A stretch of 64,000 nt of DNA from a virus: IMG/VR virus record IMGVR_UViG_3300027788_000006, positions 1 to 64,000 of that record; one strand, 5' to 3'. Every line of letters starts with the position of its first letter. Positions within the stretch are counted from its first letter, which is position 1. Positions 48,701-56,805 of the stretch are shown here, piece by piece. The notes beneath the pieces were generated by a model. The model was not told the origin of the DNA. It saw nothing but the letters and a program-made list of their open reading frames with translations, and ran no database searches. A program made the position numbers and the translations under genes.

Positions 48701-51689
48701 GGGTATATGTTCCTGGTGATAATCCAGTTATTCCTGTAGATGATGTAGAACCAGTACTCCATAAATATGAGTATGGTACACTACCTCCTGTAACAGAGTT
48801 TATTGTAATAATACCATTATTCTCTCCATTACATCTTACATCAGAAGCTGTTGCAGATAAAACAGTGCTACAATAATAACAACTTCCATCATCACACAAA
48901 GCACTTGCGTTATAGTTTACAGCTAAAGGGTCTGTACAACCATCAGGTAAGATACAAGAACCATCATCACAGTTAGCAGTAGCATCATAATTACATGCCA
49001 TAGGATCAGTACATCCATATATACCGTTGTCTAGTAAGATTTTGGTTTCTAAATACCCTACACATCCATTAGAATCTGTAGCTTGGCAGGTATAAGTACC
49101 TGGAACCAAACCAGATATCATATTAGTAGTAGCTCCAGTACTCCATAGCCAAGTATATATACCTGTTCCTCCACCCATAAGAGCTTGTATGCTACCATTA
49201 TTATAACATGTAACATGTGTAGCTTGTAAAAATGTAGAGATATTTGCTATCCCAGGAACTACTATAGCTAGGTATTCTTGACAGCCAGTGATTGTATCTG
49301 TTACTACAACCGAAGGAGTTGACGCAGGGAATCCAGTTGCTGCTGGAATAGTTTGTCCATTAGACCATAAATAAGTATAAGTACCACTACCTCCTGCTGC
49401 AGTTACGGTTGCTGTTCCATTAGAATCGCTATGGCATATAATAGCTGTGGATGTTGCAGTAAGAGTTAATATTGGGTATAGAGGTTGGTCAAAGCTTATT
49501 CCGAATTTATTTGCATAAAAACACCCATCTTCATCTATCATGTATATTGAATAACTACCCTGATCTGGAGGCAGTCCAGGAGTTCCTGTATAATTTACAG
49601 TAGTATTATCCTGTGTGGTAGGAGATGAACTATTTATTAAAGTTAGTTCTACAGCAGACATAGTCGTATTTGCAATATACGACGTATTTTCATCTATAAT
49701 AATCTGACCGTTTGTATCAGGAGTAAAAATTCCATATGCAACAGTATCATTATTAGTACTAGATGTATGTGTAACACCAGCATTTATTGTACTCGCAGAA
49801 TTAGGTACTATAAAAACTTGAATAGGACCAGTAGAATTAATAGCAGCTGATAGATCTATAATAAGCTCACCGTAAGTACAACTATGATCATTTACAATTG
49901 TTGTAACGGTGCTTTGGTTAGATATATGGAAATCACCACAGTCACAATCTAAACAGTTAACAGTTTGATCTGGGTATAGAACAGCTGACATAGAATTAGT
50001 TGGTCCTATCAAGTCCAGCGTCATTATTAATGATAAGGGAAAGGGAAGGCCTGGGGAAAAAGATACAGCAGTCCCATCACATTGCTCATCTGTATACTGC
50101 CAATAATTTATATTACTGGAATCGTTACAAACCTCTATAGGTCCTGGACACTGATGTATATGTTCAGAGTAATGATGAACATGAGTAAATGGTACATAAG
50201 CACCCTTATCTGCATGTATTCCACTCTGATTTTTTATAAGTCCATATACTGTATTAAAGTCCGATTGAGCACCTATAGCAGTAGATGCAGAATCAGCAGG
50301 AGCAGCGCCTACAAAAGTATTCTCATAAAAAATATTAAGACACTCATAATGTTGAGACCCAGTAGATCCAGGTATTTTTGATGGCAATGTAGATGGTATT
50401 CCAGCAGCTGTTTTCAATGCGTTTCTATCAGCATTCAGATAACTAATATCAGGCTTAGTAACAGCACGGCTAATAACTCCACTAATCGGACGTTGCTGAG
50501 AAGTAGGTTGTGTGTATATCCTCTCTATATTAGTATTTGCACTAGAAGCTCCAAGTGTATTATCTAACTCAATAATCATGATTGGCCAATTATCATCTAG
50601 AGTAGTAGGAGTGAAATCAGGAGTGAAATACTTAGCAGTACCACCTGAATTACCTACCGTTGATATATCGTGAGTAATAGTATGGTTCGAATAATTTGAA
50701 AATAAATGCATCTTAAGAGTTGCACCAGCAGGAAAATTACCATAGTTAGTATTGAGAAACATCTGTATCCGTTCGATTCCATCTCTACATAATCTCTGAA
50801 GGTAAGGAGCAAACTGACTGTTACCCAGTGGCATTCCAAATCTTTGCATAACTCCTGTTCTTTCACCAGGACCAGCATTTAACTCTAAATAGTCGGAACC
50901 GGATGGAAACAGTTGAGCAGAAGTAGGTAAGCCAGCAGATGATGCATTACTAGTATATTTAATCCAATTTGCATTTGCTATAGTTACATTTGGATGCGCT
51001 GTGTGTATATCTGCAAGTATATCATTTGGAGTTGCTCCAATAGCATTAGTAACATTTAGTACACTAGCTGCACCGGAAATAGAGCTCCAATCAGTTCCAT
51101 CAGTAATGTGTTTAGAATAATGAGATTTAGCAATGTGTACATGCTTACCTGTTATATTAGGATCAACTATATAACTTATAGTAGAGATAGGTCGTTCTCC
51201 TCCGTATGGGTCAGTACCAGCAGGAAAAGCATCACAGTCATTAGCCTTTACTATTGCCACAGTTCCAATATCTCCTGCATAAGAAGTTACGCTGTAGTAA
51301 GCTTCAGGTAGAACTACAGTAAAATCTTTTGAGGAACCATCAGACCATTCAACACGAACTAGTCTTACAGGATTGGAACCTGTTGACGTAGGTAAAAAAC
51401 TAGCAGAGTTACCTGTAACACCATATCTTAAAATGATACCTGGTGGATTGGATGGTTGACCAACTGAACCTGTAGACGCAATCACTGGCACTACAGAATC
51501 TCCTGTAATATCAGTGAAACTTGCTACAGTTAGATGTGTCTGACCACAGAAACTAGCACCACCTGCTAAATTACCATATACAACTGAGCTGCATATTATA
51601 GTTTGAAGTGAAGTAACTATTGTTGGTTGACAAAGTGTATCAGTAGGACCTCCACTGATAACAACATTTTTTAATTCTGCTACAGCCAT
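39777..51689 (-). CDS. Giant 3970-aa Cys/Thr-rich adhesin-like protein with GCTDP..NY..DDGSC repeats and SprB-like repeats
   Basis: Uninterrupted ORF; more than 20 GC(T/M)D..A.NY...A.CDDG(S/T)C repeats; about 7 GG..PY.Y.WS.G SprB-like modules; no signal peptide seen. Confidence 0.85.
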   Translation of the reverse strand: MAVAELKNVVISGGPTDTLCQPTIVTSLQTIICSSVVYGNLAGGASFCGQTHLTVASFTDITGDSVVPVIASTGSVGQPSNPPGIILRYGVTGNSASFLPTSTGSNPVRLVRVEWSDGSSKDFTVVLPEAYYSVTSYAGDIGTVAIVKANDCDAFPAGTDPYGGERPISTISYIVDPNITGKHVHIAKSHYSKHITDGTDWSSISGAASVLNVTNAIGATPNDILADIHTAHPNVTIANANWIKYTSNASSAGLPTSAQLFPSGSDYLELNAGPGERTGVMQRFGMPLGNSQFAPYLQRLCRDGIERIQMFLNTNYGNFPAGATLKMHLFSNYSNHTITHDISTVGNSGGTAKYFTPDFTPTTLDDNWPIMIIELDNTLGASSANTNIERIYTQPTSQQRPISGVISRAVTKPDISYLNADRNALKTAAGIPSTLPSKIPGSTGSQHYECLNIFYENTFVGAAPADSASTAIGAQSDFNTVYGLIKNQSGIHADKGAYVPFTHVHHYSEHIHQCPGPIEVCNDSSNINYWQYTDEQCDGTAVSFSPGLPFPLSLIMTLDLIGPTNSMSAVLYPDQTVNCLDCDCGDFHISNQSTVTTIVNDHSCTYGELIIDLSAAINSTGPIQVFIVPNSASTINAGVTHTSSTNNDTVAYGIFTPDTNGQIIIDENTSYIANTTMSAVELTLINSSSPTTQDNTTVNYTGTPGLPPDQGSYSIYMIDEDGCFYANKFGISFDQPLYPILTLTATSTAIICHSDSNGTATVTAAGGSGTYTYLWSNGQTIPAATGFPASTPSVVVTDTITGCQEYLAIVVPGIANISTFLQATHVTCYNNGSIQALMGGGTGIYTWLWSTGATTNMISGLVPGTYTCQATDSNGCVGYLETKILLDNGIYGCTDPMACNYDATANCDDGSCILPDGCTDPLAVNYNASALCDDGSCYYCSTVLSATASDVRCNGENNGIITINSVTGGSVPYSYLWSTGSTSSTGITGLSPGTYTLDILDNNNCLLTTSWTITEPSIVTMIPTLVVDNTDCLVANGSITPTPAGGVAPYTFSWSASSGGVVPAGQSTNQNLTGLIAGTYSLIITDVNSCVNSPIPAIVSDGFVNGCIDPLACNYDALATCDDGSCTYVTQPDPTLTFVDTTCEVSLVANWGAGIPCAQVDRVEIWLDMDNTPGGDTLIMTIFQAQLGNSFVQDLGTDDCAGQGFTAAITPFLPTTPVLYMQIHYINTTTVTTTGPFGHNAGAPALISSTNNAPVNCGCTDPIATNYNAAATCDCCCVYGNTGCTDDGTFVNQGQTWWTDPASNTTGIAYDVITGIANYPGAQPANYCPTCTTDDGSCLYPPGPSCCTTPDAHFTTNSLITPCLVYYGSYLSCGWSPTVTLIAQVHHVQFWNGSAWVTTNSVVVASPSINSYIHWQYACNTPLTPVDDFQNGGLDGTYRVVIVTTDSNGLICTAEGDGIYIDFPECGCTDPLGTNYCATCTCSLNTCTYPDPCTWNATLTPEVCNSSGATVTVAGGTPPFTFVWEDLTNPGIPIPWPYQTTNATFTSSDLNKWVGNTPFDYNGTCQFVCHITDSFGCTETVGVYQPVYSPQIVSLLVHVVTGDIMYCPPASPPPTGGSYQLYPGTTIPAITILSTVVTGPNSYSSTLLADTNLAAGGYTAICVMSNGCTFSRGFTIYNDPQLSGCTDPTACNYNAMAACDDGTCWYLDVVSTDIDCTGVGSVTVDLITPGFVSGPNYTFYLTAPTGGQFGHILGAPITWPHTYSTLTQVGAHTVGVYGDGLSGVCTVPFTIADNNVHGCMDVTASNTNEDCLGNTVVPTCDDCCDYCFTTVNDVITCLDTSIAQDGEILLTVAMGTAPYSFLWSNGATTQNISNLTVTGTYTCVITDSTGCIVTYTGIIIDCTPYILPTIISTIATDVPCLVDMNILTSGGDAVGPDDFYFIDSGGTPVAGNFTTGIGITNPNVYNTNFAVACGGGFNDSITNYAAWNLIPGQVYTSALNYTLPNGVTGTVYGPPMTVPLNANMVCGCMDATADNFNEDCATGLTVVPTCDICCDFCSATLTVAAVASACGLGTILIATVLNCGGCLGVYAWTGSLNGAVSSNLGSIIIPTGGGSVTCTWTENITGCVYTDTLTFPAPPTSVTLGQTNTCANNLPIDNGTITQTVAPGTPPYTYAWTAASGGVVPGAQTTNQNLTGLVPGDYNCVVIDASGCTGTATSTITACCVTGCTDNSTYAFNYDVTNICTCNSGSANDCCVYPVTTALISQTVTGCNNTIILSTSDTNASALADTASATFQIISDPAGAATLIALPLPLSSTGTDTYGLTFIEDCSTFFFPLNGDYAIQYVITYANGHTETIQSNTVTYVRRICGCMDAAAINYDATATCPDTCIYSGAITCALALNITSAGCIDDLVLTASDSSSNIVASWAWVIEDATTNTTMASGSSSMTSLAATSNGVDACGTPVVAYAMNTTYDATVTVTFTNGTTDTCTTSVITTPTYICGCTDANATNYNAAATCDDGSCTYPCCSLPTFTATANNNPGGCTLEYLSTLTCAVSEYAETIVSTLQFWDGTTWQISDVLTETTTAAANATAGVSNTYNYSCTTNTFGTYGTGDYRVVFDITYVGGATCQLISATDTLTFNPCGCTDPTATNYDPLAICDDGTCISSSCCTPDTIGLDPSSTTVNTCTPDLLFTATCSPITVSHVINWYMWDTAGTAWVLLTTATVVSANTSINEILPFANLHTTPGSEIYKAEAVITYAGSTCTIELQYTYTPTGPLGCTDLTPGLYPDVNGYDASAVYDCTTSTTIPTAGNIMSYPTIGGYLNSNVDQCAVCPGPCTPGNPIHTWRDCNTLVEYTFVEMGATGAGSESNDYYIAVGSPSPGNTIQYLNDCYEYVGISVTNTLGTIINYSSANFLLLPFYFNCIDCSAVFHEWKMCVCPSSWVPAIVWADCAEDIVNMIGDPTSVYPLANTALNNGIFYNYVVAQNGAPIVIGDVLNIRHTSGVGSYCIEYMGPSPYNAATHHGYTTMLGEYELGNNHTLVGPADVYADCTLCASAPPLYMEWEKCGTTDLYNIVDVGVAVTSANTITWVGTNQSGAIQMPGYPAANLTWGPIIGATVIKLSNGDCFKFNGYNVAPAGNATSELIDASPTIPLELDCTSCLLVPGCTDPSADNYNENCATLPVLATISDGCCQYTLTGCMDTGALTQNYWDGLEPYNGINSQSPNDYATILTTVTYPGILPINPNPTATSDDGSCIYEGCTDPAANNYVTYASVDDGSCNYCVYGCTNPAFVQYNSLATCDCNSSDPAQGNTGPLDPLLDNDCCVDLCVSGCMDCGTIWETDSVANPGAITCLTQTGTAASGAGSTNFDPLATCPAGCITPLNGCTSATALNYDPTANNDDGSCLYCSGFTTAMGPALSGTGQAFVIDAASVNTATNWFQASLATTIEDPTGSFTGSAILTMGINPNVQLPAVLYITIFDSTGNIVMSGPSSSAPGVIFSAVGLSYGSYSIVISTISLPVWSVAQVCDNTFTFDIQTPACDDPAAFNTTLIPAQYVISDPTLCIVPGFCACAVTATTVVSSLCGVPSSIVWNMTCNPGQSITGYLEQSLDNGATWTTIVASITGTSNGFNTLLHTQLVTTNSQWRFTYTETTTPSCGTAGTVVMSPIIITTMPLCGCTDVTAQNYDPLAVLDDGSCIYCIYGCIDPLASNYNIAATCDDGSCLYAIEGCTDPGASNYSSGATIDDGSCIYCDAEYWDCIPQANTSTNSCTGTAVTLLISEGILLSTNTYDSTELDPWTTFPNQDMALTALVLIHGITANFNDYYYQSAQPCGAYPAGCCLNGFVKKKITSITHVGMPGQFFNTWKTYIDAAILAGVPTGSLILPANSDGCHPATGYNVSIESSTVSNTPSTANIISGALGSPSENSDTINIIACCTGSCNCSEVAVEGPNTSQAACLSDPFCCLTPQSL

Positions 51690-51703
51690 ACGTTATATAT
51701 ATA

Positions 51704-52201
51704 TTAACAATTACACCCGCAAGACAGGTCACATATTTCTTTGGATTTTAAATACTTGTCATAAGCATTTTTTATATACCCGGTATTACCGAGTATATAG
51801 ACTTGTTCTGCTGAAGCTTTAGCAGAGCTAATCAATAAGTATATTTTTTGTGCTTTAGCAAGTGCTTTAGAACATCTAGGACATTCACACCCACAATTAA
51901 TTAATTCTTCTGTTAACTTAGCTAAACAACAATCAATATCACAGCTTGCTATAAACGCTGCTGAAGATACTGTTGCACCTCCTTGGGCATATTCAACTTG
52001 GTATACACCATTAGAGATTAAAGTTATATCATTAGTTAAGGTTTCACCGGGAACTGTATAAGTTATCGGATGAGTTATTACTACACTGGATGCATAATTT
52101 GTTATAGTTAAAGCTCCGGCAATACCTGCTCCCGAAGCATCTGTAGTATCTATAGAAACCATTAGACAATCAGGTCTAACGGATACAATCTTTAATGACA
52201 T
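51704..52201 (-). CDS. Cys-rich structural protein (possible tail-hub component)
   Basis: 165 aa; CDIDCC, CGCECPRC, C-terminal CDLSCGCNC; follows the auxiliary capsid-like gene. Confidence 0.55.
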   Translation of the reverse strand: MSLKIVSVRPDCLMVSIDTTDASGAGIAGALTITNYASSVVITHPITYTVPGETLTNDITLISNGVYQVEYAQGGATVSSAAFIASCDIDCCLAKLTEELINCGCECPRCSKALAKAQKIYLLISSAKASAEQVYILGNTGYIKNAYDKYLKSKEICDLSCGCNC

Positions 52202-52221
52202 GTAGTTAAATTTTAAAAGTT

Positions 52222-52260
52222 AAAAAAGATATATAGGGGGTATTTCACCCCCTATAATCT
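52222..52260 (-). terminator. Intrinsic terminator after the 284-aa capsid-accessory gene
   Basis: Minus strand AGATTATAGGGGGT-gaaat-ACCCCCTATATATCT then TTTTT. Confidence 0.8.
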
Positions 52261-52278
52261 TATAAAGTTGTTAGCCTA

Positions 52279-53133
52279 CTATATACCAGCTACAATTGCA
52301 TCTACTAAAGCAGCTGCAGGAGCAGTAGCAACAGCAGAATTTCTTACAGCTAATACTAAGACTCTTTCATTGTCCACACCATTAATTTGGTTGACAGTAG
52401 GATTCTTGTATGTAATTGTATTCAACTCGTAAGGGAATCCAGCAGAAGCATAAGTTACTGTACCATTTGGTAAGTAAGTAGCTCTATCGTAATCACCTAC
52501 ACCAGAACCTAAGAAGTTTTTCTCTTGTATTAACATTACCTCAACATCACCTACACCTACTGAACCAGCAGTTAAAGCTGGAACTGTACAAGTTGCAACT
52601 GAAGTACCTGGATCAAAAGCGATCTGAATATTAGTCATAACTGTATCAGTTGGCATTCCTGCAAAAGTAGTACCGGTAACTGTAAGTACACCCGCACCTG
52701 GAGCAGTTGCAGCAGAGATCCAAGATGGCATGTCAGCAGTAATTGCAGCAGCTAAATATACAGCGATAGCATTTGCAGCACCCCCAATAGTAGCCAAAGG
52801 AATTTCATATGTTTTTCTATTGAAAGGCTCCATTCCAGCAGAAGTATCAATAAGTTTGAAATACCCTACGTCTGGAGTTGTAGCGTCTTCTGTTAAAGTT
52901 ACATTTGCGATTTGTGCAGTTGAAACAGCACCTGTTGCAGTAGTAGTATTAATAATATCTTTTTGGTTTATCCATTGAGATTTTACATTACTACCAAATC
53001 TTAATACTCTAAATGTTTTTGCAGCTATTACAGCAGCAGCATTAACTAGTACAGTACCAGCTTGATCTTCAAATGTAATGGCACCAGCAGCACCTCCTAC
53101 AAAATCGTCTCCGAAAATTATTTGTTTAGTCAT
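52279..53133 (-). CDS. Putative auxiliary capsid (decoration) protein
   Basis: 284 aa, Ala/Thr/Gly-rich, position after the ring gene, followed by a strong terminator as expected for a high-copy protein. Confidence 0.55.
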   Translation of the reverse strand: MTKQIIFGDDFVGGAAGAITFEDQAGTVLVNAAAVIAAKTFRVLRFGSNVKSQWINQKDIINTTTATGAVSTAQIANVTLTEDATTPDVGYFKLIDTSAGMEPFNRKTYEIPLATIGGAANAIAVYLAAAITADMPSWISAATAPGAGVLTVTGTTFAGMPTDTVMTNIQIAFDPGTSVATCTVPALTAGSVGVGDVEVMLIQEKNFLGSGVGDYDRATYLPNGTVTYASAGFPYELNTITYKNPTVNQINGVDNERVLVLAVRNSAVATAPAAALVDAIVAGI

Positions 53134-53155
53134 TTTTTCTTTTTTTTAAATTTTA

Positions 53156-54361
53156 CTATTCGTTTTTATTTACCTCAATTTCATGAGTTTTATATCTAGA
53201 ATCTGCAATAGTTTCTAAGATACTACTCACGGCCATGTCCACAATCTCTCTGTGAGAGTGCTCGGGTAGTTCACAGCTTACTTGCAAAGATAATGAAATC
53301 TCTGCCGGTTTTCTTATATATGTTAATTTTACCTCTGGTATTATAAATATATCATTAGTGTAAAAGTCTAATCTGTTCTCACGTATGGTATATAAAGGTT
53401 GTTCCCATTTTGTTGTATTAAAAGGATCATCTAATAAAGAATATATATCATCTTGTTGAACAAACTTTGCTATGCTATATACCCGTTCAAACTCAGCAGC
53501 AGTTAATGGTGTATTTTCTAACAGTCGATGTTGGTGAAAATCTGGAACAGTAGTTAAAGGAGCTCGATATAACTCATTACCATTACCATCTATAGCAAGT
53601 ATATGCCATACAGTTCCTAAAAAAGGATCAGAGTTATTAGCAGGATACGTAGCCGTATGTATTCTAAGTAAAAATCCTCCTGGTCGTTTTGCAGACTGTA
53701 AATCTTGCCATTCACCCCACCAACTCCCAATTACTCCTGCTTCTATCTCTGCTTTAAAAGCAGCAACTCCAGCTTCAGTACCATCTAAAGGAGTAGTAGT
53801 TACTTGGTCCCATAAAGTATATTGAGGCGCTTGTAATATTGGGGGGTATGTACCACCAATTTGTTGATGACTTACATCCGCTACCATATACAATCCATGT
53901 ACAGAATCAATTAATGTTGATCCTATTAAATCATCCATAGGAAGTTCAAAATATTTAAAATTAGCAAAGCTATTAATAAAAGATAGACTAGCTAATAATT
54001 CAGCCTCTGTAAGTGGTATACAGGTTTTCTTTCTCTGTAGATGAGCTCTAGTATTAACTAAATACATATAATCATCTGGGAGCACTGCACTGTCCGACCA
54101 AGTAGTACTATTTACAACTCCTTTATAATTAGTTGCAAGAGATGCTTCTTTAATAAGAGTTCTAATATCGTCAATACGCTTTTGACCTTGTTCAAAACCT
54201 TTCTGATATTTATTACCTCTACCATATTTAGTATTGATAAATTTATATTGTGCTTGATTTAATTCTAGATCAAGTTCTTGGGGTAATAGCATATCAGCTT
54301 GGAATGAATTGATCTTATCCACCCCTTGCTGAATTGCTAAATGCATTTCTCCTACATTCAT
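53156..54361 (-). CDS. Tail ring / head-tail connector protein (crAss gene 74-like)
   Basis: EMH...DK..S...ELD..LN.AQ...GFEQ.QKRIDD; C-terminal Y.RKP..I...CELPEH.HREIVD.AV. Confidence 0.78.
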   Translation of the reverse strand: MNVGEMHLAIQQGVDKINSFQADMLLPQELDLELNQAQYKFINTKYGRGNKYQKGFEQGQKRIDDIRTLIKEASLATNYKGVVNSTTWSDSAVLPDDYMYLVNTRAHLQRKKTCIPLTEAELLASLSFINSFANFKYFELPMDDLIGSTLIDSVHGLYMVADVSHQQIGGTYPPILQAPQYTLWDQVTTTPLDGTEAGVAAFKAEIEAGVIGSWWGEWQDLQSAKRPGGFLLRIHTATYPANNSDPFLGTVWHILAIDGNGNELYRAPLTTVPDFHQHRLLENTPLTAAEFERVYSIAKFVQQDDIYSLLDDPFNTTKWEQPLYTIRENRLDFYTNDIFIIPEVKLTYIRKPAEISLSLQVSCELPEHSHREIVDMAVSSILETIADSRYKTHEIEVNKNE

Positions 54362-54362
54362 A

Positions 54363-55175
54363 TTATAGTGCTAGTTCTTTTAGTTTAGCTCTCATTATAG
54401 TTAATTGTCCAGAATTCTTTTTATTTTTCATAAAAATTATTGAATCTTCTAGAGTTTCTCCAATCACTTCATCAATAAAGATAACTTGATTACCAATTCT
54501 TCTTAGTACTCCAGATGATACCATAGTTTCAATCTCTGCTATCGTTTCTAAGTTCTTATCTGTAGCTACTCTTAAGAATTTCTTAGGGTTTGCGTTCTTA
54601 ACCCCATATAGATTATTCTCTATTTGATCCCTAGTTAATACATCAGGATTACCATCAGATAAGATTCTTAAAACTCTCTTCATAGCAGTTTCATCAGCAG
54701 ATAATTTTATAAATTCTCTATCCGCATCTTTTAATACTTGTATTTCATTATTCCTTTTAGAGTCTTCTCTAGAAAGATCCTGAATATAAAATCTTTTATT
54801 TGTTGTAACTTCCATTTCCTCTTTAGTTAAGGATACATGAGGGTGTCTTAATGCAAATCTATACTTAATAAAATCTATAGCATTGAGAGGATTTCCGTTT
54901 GTATCCGTACCAATTTCTAATTCAACTCCTGTAAATCCTACAGGAATGGATAATTCAGTCCAAAATTTCTTAGTGTGCTTAGGCCACTCTACGTGATCTG
55001 GAGCTACATCTAAAATTCCATTTAAATACTTTGCTTCATCTTCAGGGTCAAATGCTTTTAACGGTTGGCGGTTTACAAAAACACTACTGACTTTCATAAT
55101 TGATTCAGCTTTTACCTCTTGAGGTAAATGATTGTTTAGTTCCTTTCTTCGAAGGAATACTTTTTTACTTTTCAT
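54363..55175 (-). CDS. Conserved crAss-like protein downstream of the MCP (gene 75-like)
   Basis: FW....I...G.EL...NP....D..KY.F...HP.V...NPKKF...FLKN-like pattern and synteny. Confidence 0.68.
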   Translation of the reverse strand: MKSKKVFLRRKELNNHLPQEVKAESIMKVSSVFVNRQPLKAFDPEDEAKYLNGILDVAPDHVEWPKHTKKFWTELSIPVGFTGVELEIGTDTNGNPLNAIDFIKYRFALRHPHVSLTKEEMEVTTNKRFYIQDLSREDSKRNNEIQVLKDADREFIKLSADETAMKRVLRILSDGNPDVLTRDQIENNLYGVKNANPKKFLRVATDKNLETIAEIETMVSSGVLRRIGNQVIFIDEVIGETLEDSIIFMKNKKNSGQLTIMRAKLKELAL

Positions 55176-55241
55176 AATAATAGTTCTTTTAAAGTTTAAA
55201 TTAATCGGATGTAAAGAATAACTCTCCTATAACTATTAACT

Positions 55242-55270
55242 AAAACTATGGGGGATTGCTCCCCCACAGC
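55242..55270 (-). terminator. Intrinsic terminator after the major capsid gene
   Basis: Minus strand GCTGTGGGGG-agcaat-CCCCCATAGT then TTT; G-U pairs fit the minus-strand orientation. Confidence 0.8.
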
Positions 55271-55310
55271 CCTAATTAAAAACCAATATATATAGACGCA
55301 CGTTTGTGCC

Positions 55311-56738
55311 TTACGCTACACATTGAATATCTAGTGAAGTATCGAAACGTCTCAATACAATACCAGCAGTTTTCAACATGTGTACAGAAGCACCATCCAC
55401 GTCAGAAGCTCTAGAAGTTCCAGCATCAAATCCTCTAGGCACTACTGATCCTGCAACAGCCCATCTCATCATCTCACGACCTTTCTTAGAGATCATTTGA
55501 AGATTATTTTGGCCATCATAGTTAGATTGATCAACGAATACCATTCTGTAAGACTCTAAAGAGTATCCAGTAACTGGGTGTTTCGCTCGTGCTTGTGCAA
55601 CAGGTCCATGATCAAATAATGGTAATTTAACTACATTTACTGTATGACCATCTACATGCTCATAAGAAGTAAAGTAACCACTCATACCTAGTGATCTCCC
55701 GGATCCTGTGATGAATCTATTTTCACCTCCGATTTTCCAGCTATTGCTAGTATTTCCGAAGTGACCTTTTAGAGCTTCATCAAACTCTCTTGCACCACCT
55801 GTACCAGTGTACAGTGTTACTTGTTTTGCAGCTGCATCAGTCATTCCATAGAATAAGTCTCCAATAATATTTTTGATCTTAGTCTCTGTTAAAGTAGAAT
55901 AAGTATCCTTATTGATAATTTGTTCTAAAAGACCAGGACCAACAACAACAGGTTGATTGTTCTCGTCTTTCATGAAAGTTTGTCCAGCAGCATCGTAAGT
56001 TTTTTGACCATACCAGTAGTACATTTCACATTCTTCTTTGAAGTTTAACATGTGAGTATACTCTTCATAGTCCATCCATAACTTAGTTTGTTTACCTCCT
56101 TTAGTTGGTAAAGTAAACTCAGCTACAAAATCTTTAGCATTACCAGACATATGGTAAGACTTTCTTACAGTACCAATTTTGTTACGTACCTTTCCTGGAG
56201 TTTCCCAGTTAGAAGCATTTCCTCTTGAGAAATCAACTCCTACAGGTGCATACATTTGAGCCCATAAAGACCCAATAGATCCCCCAACTGTAATACCAAC
56301 CCCAGCAGGATCGATTAATTGACAAGTGTAAACCCAGTTGTTTCCAGACTGACTTGGCTCTTGCATGATTCTAGCTTGGTCTCCTACACTATTTACTAGT
56401 ACGTAAGGAAATACAAACCATTTATCAGGGAATGTTAATACAAAAGTTGCTCCAGCAGCACCCATGGTACCAGCAGTTGCAACCGAAATAGGTCGTGTCT
56501 TAAGCGTGTGAGTCTTTACTCTGTATTCATACTCTAATCTATCGATTGACTTAACATTACCAACTCCTTCTGTTAAGAAAGATAGTGGAAAACGTTTATC
56601 ATCTTTACCTGCTAGATGAGTAATGATAGGAGAAAGCTCAGTTGGCTTAGACATTAAAGCGTTAGACAGACTGTTCATGTCTGTCATTTGTGCATCATTG
56701 TAGTAATTTTTCTGCACAGTAATGTTTGTTCCGTTCAT
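55311..56738 (-). CDS. Major capsid protein (crAss-like, HK97 fold)
   Basis: 475 aa; VRKSYHMSGN, LWMDYEE, GPGLLEQI, LYTGTGGAREFDEA, PLFDHG...HP.TG...ESY motifs; synteny. Confidence 0.9.
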   Translation of the reverse strand: MNGTNITVQKNYYNDAQMTDMNSLSNALMSKPTELSPIITHLAGKDDKRFPLSFLTEGVGNVKSIDRLEYEYRVKTHTLKTRPISVATAGTMGAAGATFVLTFPDKWFVFPYVLVNSVGDQARIMQEPSQSGNNWVYTCQLIDPAGVGITVGGSIGSLWAQMYAPVGVDFSRGNASNWETPGKVRNKIGTVRKSYHMSGNAKDFVAEFTLPTKGGKQTKLWMDYEEYTHMLNFKEECEMYYWYGQKTYDAAGQTFMKDENNQPVVVGPGLLEQIINKDTYSTLTETKIKNIIGDLFYGMTDAAAKQVTLYTGTGGAREFDEALKGHFGNTSNSWKIGGENRFITGSGRSLGMSGYFTSYEHVDGHTVNVVKLPLFDHGPVAQARAKHPVTGYSLESYRMVFVDQSNYDGQNNLQMISKKGREMMRWAVAGSVVPRGFDAGTSRASDVDGASVHMLKTAGIVLRRFDTSLDIQCVA

Positions 56739-56805
56739 TTTTTATTATTTTAAATTTAGTTATATTACAAAAAGCTCGTTATCTGCGAGCGAGTTGTCGA
56801 ATTAA

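Noticed and set aside
39777-51689. CRISPR array or DGR template/variable repeats suggested by recurring ggatcagtacatcc-like DNA words
   Set aside because: The repeats are in-frame protein repeats with synonymous divergence and irregular spacing. No adenine-specific paired repeat or reverse transcriptase seen.
39777-51689. Cellular contamination or a T9SS-secreted host gene
   Set aside because: No signal peptide or T9SS C-terminal domain recognised. The gene is co-oriented and tightly packed (14-16 nt gaps) among phage structural genes.
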